The notes beneath the pieces were generated by a model. It did no database searches. It saw only the letters and a program-made list of their open reading frames with translations, and was not told the DNA's origin. A DNA stretch of 64,000 nt from Caecitellus pseudoparvulus (taxonomy: Eukaryota; Protista; Bigyra: Bicosoecida): positions 62,001 through 126,000 of the forward strand of contig CBFFRQ010000088.1 of assembly GCA_965644315.1 (NCBI GenBank). The letters run 5' to 3'. Both the position numbers and the translations under genes were made by a program. This document shows positions 53,656-61,400 of this stretch, piece after piece (position 1 is the first letter of the stretch; the number at the start of each line of letters is the position of its first letter).

Positions 53656-55236
53656 TCATTCTCTCCGTCGGCGCTTGGCGGAGTGACCACCGCCGGTCGC
53701 TGCCGCGCGAGCCTGCGACAGGCTCATGCTGGCAAAGTGCGGCACTTCCCGCACTGCTGCCTCAGCCTCTGCTTCAGACATGCCACTGGATCGCTTGCTT
53801 TCGAACATTGCCAGCCAGGCCTTGGGCTGGCGTGAGCTGTGCGCCGAGCGGCGCTTGTGCTTCGAACTCGCCAAGTGTCGCTCCCAAGACTGCTCACCCA
53901 CACAGTCCACTCCGCATAGCTCACAGGAGTGGACCCGCGTCTCGCTGAGCGAGGCAGCGTCGCTAGCAGACGGGACACTTTGCAGTTCGTTTTCTTTCCC
54001 TGCAAGCAAGTTTCGCACCTGCTCGAAGGCTGGCGCCTGCACGGCCCCCTTCCACGCAGCTGCGTCGCTGGAGTCATACCGGTGCACTGTCAGTCCACGC
54101 CGAATGAAGCGATTACGAATCCAAGATAACTGCTTCATGGCGTATTGCCGAGTTCGTGTCTTGAGAGTGTCCAATGCAGTCTCGAGCAGGGCAGGCTGGG
54201 CTCGCGCAGTCCCTCCCAAATACTCGGCGAATTCTTTGAAGCCGATAGCTTGCAGCGCGCCCATCACGGAAGGGTCGCGGACTTGAGCCCCCGCAGCATC
54301 CTGCTGTGTAGCCAGTGCCTGCCAGCACTCGAGGGTGTCCGTCGACGGCCCGACGAAGGCAGGGTCCAGGCCGGTGGAAGGTTCACCGCCCAACCAGTGT
54401 TGCAGAGCCTGCACCTCCTGCACCAAGCCAGCCTGCACCATGCCATCCACCCGTGCGCTTAAACGCTGGGTCAAAACGTCTCGGCTAGTCTCGGGCCACA
54501 GCACCCTCACAGTGTAAGGGCAGCTCCACTCCGCACAGGCCGTCGCCTGCTCCTTCAGCAGCTGGGACTGCGCCTTGCCGCCGCGCTGCAGCACCTCCAG
54601 ACCACGGCAAATTTTGCGCCAGTCCCTGGGATGAAGACGCCCTGCAGTGGCCGGATCAACGCGCTGAAGCTGGGCATAGGCAGCTGCGATAATCTCATCA
54701 GAGGGTGTGCTGCCGCCAAGCAGCACATGGCGACCGTCCTCCAGCTGCAGACTCGCGGGAGCAGAGGCAGCCTCTGGCGAGTCCTGCAGGATGGTGTCGC
54801 TCAAGAGTGCTTGAGCGTAGTACATGGTGCCGCCAGCAACGACAGGGAGCTTGCCTCGTGCATGGATGCGCTCGATGACTGCCTTTGCAAGCCGCCGAAA
54901 GTCTCGCACGGTGAAGTCGGCATTGGGTGGCAGGAAGGAGAAGAGGTGGTGGGGCACTCCACTGGCTTCCTCCACCGTGGCCTTTGCACTGGCGATGTTC
55001 AAGTGGGTGTGCATCTGGATGGCGTCGCCATTGACGACCTCACCGCCAAATGCCTTGGCCACATCCACAGCAAGCTTCGTTTTGCCTGCACCAGTCGTGC
55101 CGACGACGAAAACGACAGGGGGCCTGGGCAATCCAGCACTGCCCAGCGTGCAAGGGCTGCTAGCTGCAGCCATACCGCATACGCTTTGGATCAGTTGCCT
55201 CCTACTGCTGTATCTGGCCAGCTTTCCACAGAGCAT
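53656..55236 (-). CDS. TRIT1: tRNA dimethylallyltransferase (isopentenyltransferase), eukaryotic type with C-terminal zinc finger
   Basis: P-loop GTTGAGKTKL, VVNGDAIQMH, GVPHHL, LPVVAGGTMYY, LHPRDWRKI, QAIGFKEF, TRQYAMKQLSWIRN. Matrin-type finger CELC...WERHLASSKHKRR. Confidence 0.95.
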   Translation of the reverse strand: MLCGKLARYSSRRQLIQSVCGMAAASSPCTLGSAGLPRPPVVFVVGTTGAGKTKLAVDVAKAFGGEVVNGDAIQMHTHLNIASAKATVEEASGVPHHLFSFLPPNADFTVRDFRRLAKAVIERIHARGKLPVVAGGTMYYAQALLSDTILQDSPEAASAPASLQLEDGRHVLLGGSTPSDEIIAAAYAQLQRVDPATAGRLHPRDWRKICRGLEVLQRGGKAQSQLLKEQATACAEWSCPYTVRVLWPETSRDVLTQRLSARVDGMVQAGLVQEVQALQHWLGGEPSTGLDPAFVGPSTDTLECWQALATQQDAAGAQVRDPSVMGALQAIGFKEFAEYLGGTARAQPALLETALDTLKTRTRQYAMKQLSWIRNRFIRRGLTVHRYDSSDAAAWKGAVQAPAFEQVRNLLAGKENELQSVPSASDAASLSETRVHSCELCGVDCVGEQSWERHLASSKHKRRSAHSSRQPKAWLAMFESKRSSGMSEAEAEAAVREVPHFASMSLSQARAAATGGGHSAKRRRRE

Positions 55237-55429
55237 GGGCAGAGCTTGATGAGTTTCAAGCGCGTTTCATGAACTGCTGCGCACCTCTCATGCGAGGGTC
55301 CTCGCCGGCATGCAGGAGAAAGAGGAGGAAACGGAGCTCAACGCTGAGACAAAATTCCATTGCAGCAGTGGCGCGGGCACCAGCCATGGAAATCTGAGTT
55401 TTGCTTGCATTTGACGCTTCACAGCGATT

Positions 55430-58400
55430 TTACCGCCGAGCGACATCCTGGCCCTGCTGGCTCGGGCGTGCCTTTTTGCGCATGCGGTACCCAGCGGCAG
55501 ACGAAGGCTTCCCTCTGGATGAACTGGACAGTGAGTGGTGGTGGCTGTCCTGGGAGTCGTCTGTGCGTGTTCGCGGAGCGTGCAGGCGACGAGGAGGCAA
55601 TGTGTGTGCGGCGCCGCGCGGAGGCAGCCTGGCAGATGGCCGCTGCGGCGGGCCCTCAGGTGGCAGCCGCTGCAGCCTCGCTGCAAAAGTGGACACGCTC
55701 TGCCCTGGATCCCAACGCAACCATGCACCCCCCAGGGCTAGGGCGTGCATCAGCGGCACTCCTGCGCTCACAAAGAGGCTCTCAGGCAGCATGGTGTCGG
55801 ACATCACGCCAGCCTGCCGCAGGAGGAAGGCGATGTCCAAGTTTGCCAGGTTCAAGCGCGGTTTGAACTTAAAAGGCACCTTGTGCCGGCTGTAGTCTGG
55901 CTTGAAGAACAGCCCAGGGGGCTGCGTGGGAGTTGGGTCGGCCTGGCTGGACGCCATGGCCATGCGAAGTGCCTCGGCGGCGGCCTCCGGCCCTGCCAGC
56001 TTGGCGAGGGCAGACTCCCACGCCCGCTGGCGATCCCCCAGAACACCCTTCAAGTTGTTGAGCATTGCCTGGCTGGACACGGCCAGCTTGCTGCCGTGCT
56101 CATCGGGCGTGAACTTCTCAAACAGCGTGCGAGGCGTCAAACCACTGCCGGTGTACCTGTCTAGGTTGGTGCTGGCGACGATGTCCCCAGCGAACGAGGA
56201 CTGAAACACATACTGCACATCTGCTGAGCACACGGAGTCTGTGGGGGGACCAGAGGCTCCCACACCTTCTCCGAGCAGCCCAGCCTGGGCCATGAGGGCC
56301 TCCCGCACCCTGTCCTGGCTAACAACGCCGAAGGGCATGGAGGGCAGGTCGGGTGCCTGGGGGCGCAAGGCTCCGAGCTGGGCACCCGCACTCTGCACCA
56401 CAGCCTGCGAAGTCTGCAGCGTGATCTTGTAGCGTGGGATGCGCAGGATGGTGTCGGAGCGTGTGCCGCTGGCTCCAGCCACCACAGCTGCTATGCTGCT
56501 GCTTGCCGGACTGAAGCCAACGCTCCAGTTTGCGAGTGGCGTGGCGGGGGGCGAGGGGAGGTTCGAGGATGCTTGCCACAAAGTCTCGAAGGACTGCATG
56601 CTGTGCACAATCAGGCGCTCGATGTTGCCTCCCTCCCCTCCAGGCTGCATCTGCCGCAGCCCCAATGTCACCTGCACCGCTTCCACCGCCAGGCGCTCAG
56701 TAACGTACCCTGGCACCGGTGCCGACCCGTACAGCATCGCAGTAAGTTCTCTGATCTGCAGGATGGTTCGCCCGCGAGCTGCAAAAGGCGGCCCGCGCAG
56801 GGCGGGATGAGCTGGCGGCGGGGGCGCACCGCGGGTGCCACCTCGATGTCCTGCGAACGGCATGCCCCCTGGCCCGACCCGCGCAGGCTCTTGTGCAGCA
56901 GTTGACGCAGAGCTCGTGAACGTCAAGTGGGGGTCCAGCTGCCGCGCCAGGCTGGAGACGGCATTAATTGCCTCACGGGCAGCCGCAGTGAGGACTTCCC
57001 GGTTCAGGCTCGTCCACTTCTCTGAAGGTATGCGGATTGCCTCTGGCGTCACCAGCATGGCCAGGCTGTCGATGCTGAGGGACTGCTGCACCTCCAGCGC
57101 CCCCGATGGGTCGTCTTCCATCCATACAACACCTTCCTGCAGGTCCACTTGGGCCAAACACACAGAGGACTGCGGAGGGCGCTGCAGGTACATGGCCTCG
57201 TCAAAGACACGGGCATCCCCCAGCATGCTGTAGGAGCCATGCCCGGTGCTGCTGTACATGCTGCCTTTCACAGCTGCTACTCCGCCGCCCACCGTCAATG
57301 CAACACTCTCTCGCAAGGCCTTTGCGAGCGGGGCAGCGTCTGGCAGTTCAGCGTGGCCTTGCGCTTGCTGTTCTTGCTGCCAGCCACGCAAGTCCACGTC
57401 GTCGTCCACAGCATGCTCCAGAAACAGAGTGCTGTCCTGCACATACCCCACGGACCACAGGTCTCCCCGAGAGGCGACGAGCACTTTCCTGCACAAAAAT
57501 GCGCAGAATGAGCGCCGCCTCGCCAGCAAAGCCTGCACGAGAGGCAGCATCGCAACTGCAACGCGTGTTTCCTCCACCAGCACTGTCGCTGTGACGCGCG
57601 CCGCGCGCTCCATGTGTGACGTGACGCGGACGGTGTCCAGGGCCAGGAGCAGCCGAGCGTCATGCTGCGCGTCTCGAAGCCACTGCAAGGTGCCTTGGAC
57701 GGGAGCGGATTCCTCGGCATCTGGTTGTTCTGCGGCTGGGTCCAGGCTTGCCCGCGGTGTCGGCCCACCGCCAAAGGCGGACTGCAGGAGCGCCTGCGCC
57801 TGCAGAAGGTTGTACACCCAAGCGGTTTGGAAGGACATAATCGCATCGATTTGGTTGCAATCTAACGTCGTCTCGATGCTGTTCACGTGCAGTGTGCCCG
57901 AAACGCTAGGTGGACCGGCCACTCCGGTCAATGGGGCACGGTCGGTGAGGGATGCTGGGAGTGTCAGCTGGTGCACGACCACGTGCAAGGCGATGCTCTC
58001 TCCTGTGCCGAGGCGGGAGGATGCCCTTGGTCGATGGCGTGGCGCGCTGCGACCCCCGCTCGGACTTGCAGCTGCTTGGTCACTGCTAACGAGTTTCACC
58101 TCCAGGCGGGGCAGACACACAAGCGCCGACAACGCAGTGCCCCCCGCAGCATCGTGCACGACAGCCGCAGTAAGTGTCATGGGCCCACCTGCATACAGGT
58201 TACACCAGACGTCAGACGCAACGGGCGCGCAGGTGATTCGGCACTTCAAGTCCCCTTGCCCGTCGAAATGTGCTTCAGGCTGCTGGCCTTCAGCGTCAAT
58301 GAGAAGCTTCAAGGCCATCCCTCGAGGAAGGGCAGCCAGCCACGACTTTGTGGCTGTTTGCTGTGCCTCAGGCGACGCAGTAGCACTTGTTTGAGCGCTG

Positions 58401-61400
58401 CCTTCGCGATGCTGGGTACCATGTCCTCGCCGCTGCACGGCAGTGGCCCCTTTCGAATCGCTCCTGGACATGTGGGCGGTGTCGGTGTCGGCACTGAACG
58501 CTGCAAGCCACTTTCGATGGAAACGCCATGCTCCCCTCATGCTGTTGTATGCTGCAAACGTCTCTTGCCAAAATGCGAAGAGGCTGTGACTGACTTCGAT
58601 GGGCCCGCAGTGCAGTTGAAGCAGCGCAACGTTGTGCAGCGGCACGTGGGCCAGACGCTGCGTCGCAATGCGGGCAGCCGAGGAGTCCCCGACATGGCTG
58701 AAACCTTCCAAGCTCACCGTTGCAGCAGGCATTGGTAGGCGTTGGAGAACTCCAGAGGAGGCGCCATCCGCATCCGAAGCAGCGACTGGGCCGAGGAACT
58801 CAGCGAAGCCCCCCCCAACAACTACGGTCAGTGACACTGCCACGATTGGGTTGACCCACCAAGCGTCGTCCATGTTGCTGGCTCCGCCCACAAAGGTCCG
58901 CGGGTGGGGCAAAGAAGGCGAATATTCATCCCCGTGGGAGAGATCTACGGGTGCAGACTGCTCGCTACGCAGCCTGCCCAGCGTGCGGTCGAGCTGTGCT
59001 GCAGTCGCCTGCCAGCAGGCCAAACACGAAGTGGCAGCAATGACGACTTCCGGCGACACACGAATAACAGGCGCCGCCGCGGAAACGCCGCCAGCACAGA
59101 ACACGAGTGCTCGGGCCTCATGGGAGGTGGGCACCCCTGCCAATGCAACAGAAACCGAGGCCGACAGGGCTGGAAGAAGCATGACATTCCGCAAGGCAAG
59201 AACGTGTTCATCGGGTTGCTTGCCGGGGTCAGAGGGGTCCTCCGGCGTGTGCTGCTGTGCAGCTTCAGCCAGCAGGTGGTCAACACCAGGCCGAACAAAG
59301 CGATCGTACTTGCACCGCGAAGGGCCCTGAGCCACCCAGCCCTGCAAAGACCAGCGTGGTCGACTAAGTATAGCAAGGTTGGACACGTTGGCTTTCATGG
59401 CCACCCCGAAATCCGTGCCTGACAAGTTGGCGAAGCCAAGCGGCAGCTTGAGAGGAGCCCGCCCCGGCAATTCATGCCCGCTGGGCTGTGATACCTGCGA
59501 CACTTCAGCCTCCAGGAGCACTTCCTCCACTGCCAGAGACATGCAGTCGGACACTTCGCTGGGCGCCACATCTGCGGGCGCTTGCCTCGCCGACGTGGCC
59601 GGCAGGTGTGGCAAGCCCTCAACAAACGGCAGGGTCAGGACGGCTCGAGACACAGAGACAGCCGCCGTGACGGCGGGGAGGGCAGCGAAGGAGCCGGCCC
59701 CAGACCACAGCCCCGCGAGTCCATCATCAGACAGGCCACCTTCAGCCCCAGGGTACGCTGCAGGAGCAGCATGATGGTTTCGCCCTGTAGGTGAAGCGGG
59801 TCGGTCGGCAGGCCAAATTTTGGTGGGCAGTGCAACACGGCCACCACGAGGCGCAGTGGACTGCTGAAGCTCAGTTGCATGGCGAATGTACTGTGCGAAC
59901 CGCTCGGTGAGCTCCCTCTGGAAGGACGCAGAGACGCGCGGAGCAGAAGGAAACAAGGTCACGGACGACTTATCGAAAGCCAGCTTCACATGCTTTGTTG
60001 AAGGCACCCCATCTGCACTGGGGGCTGCCTTCGGAGCGTAGGAAAATGAGACGTCAGACGTCGCTCGCCAAGCAAGTGCCGCGCCGCCTGCGATTCCATC
60101 CAAGAACTTCCCGTCGCCTTGTGCCCCTTGCGCAGGTGACGGGACAAGGACACCGAACCCTGCCACCCGCAAAGCAGGGGGAAGATCTTCCATGTGCCCA
60201 TTGCTCACATCACTGCCTGCTCTGGTTCGGTATGCGTGCGGCAAGCCTGCCGCAGCTGCGCTGGCAGCAGCGACCAGGGACGAATCTTGAGGCAGGAGCT
60301 TAAGCGGAATCCCGCCCACCCCAAACACTAGTGGCAGTGTGTGACTGGCGCCCTGCTTGGAAATCCCGGCTGCGAGAGCCGCAGCGGAGTGAACACTGGG
60401 CGCTGCGAGGGACCTGGGCAGCCCAGAAAAATCGGCTGATGGGTCGTGCTCCTCCGCAACGTGATGCCACAAGCTAGAAGCCAGTCGGGTCCCATGGTAC
60501 CGCACAGAAAGGCTATCAAGGGTGGCAGTTGGTGGGAGGCAGACGTGTAAGACTTGCATGCCCGTTTGCACTCGGAGACTGCAAGCCTGTGGGGCAGAAC
60601 CAACTTCGATGGGCAGCGTGATCTGCCCCTTGAATGCCGGCTGAAACAAGATTACTTCTAGAGCCCCTAGGCTGGGTTCAGCCGGTTGCACGGGGAAGGC
60701 GGAGCGCACAGAAGAGCTGGTTGCGCCTAGATCATGGCCCTGGGCAGGCCTCTGGTGAGCTGCCCACTGCTCCTGCAATGCACCCAGCACCCCAACCGCA
60801 CGTTCGATTTCCCCCTGTAATGAGGCTTGGACCTGCAGCAACTCTGACACTAAGTCTTGTGAGACCGAGAAGTCAGCTTCTTCAAAGCGCAGCAGCAGCT
60901 GAATCTTGGCAGCTTCCCCTGCCCAGTCCTCAGACACCTCGCGAACAACCTGCGCTGACACAGGCGGCAGCTTCAAGCGGTGCGGGGTGGCCTGGTCCTC
61001 CTGTCTGCGCCCGGAGAGGCGCGACTTCAGCCTTCGCTGCGCTTCCACTGCATGGCTCCTGAGGTGCATGCGCACGGCGTCAGTGGCAGGGTGGCCATGT
61101 GCAGGGGCGACTGCAGAAGCCGAGGCCTGCAGCCATGACAAGTCGTACTGGCACCCGAGGGTGGGGGTCAACTGCAAGTGAAAGGAGGCCTTGTTCAAGA
61201 GCAAGTGTGCTCTATGAATGCCCAGGAGCGCAAAGAATGACGACTGCCGCGTGGCCTGCGATGGCGGCACTGGCAAGCTTGCTGGCACCAGGGCAGCAGT
61301 GTGCAGGGTGGCCAGCGTTTGCAACCACTCTGCTGCAAATGACGTGGCACTGTCGGTCTGCAAGGCATGTAGCGGAACATGGGACTTGACTGCGTTCACA

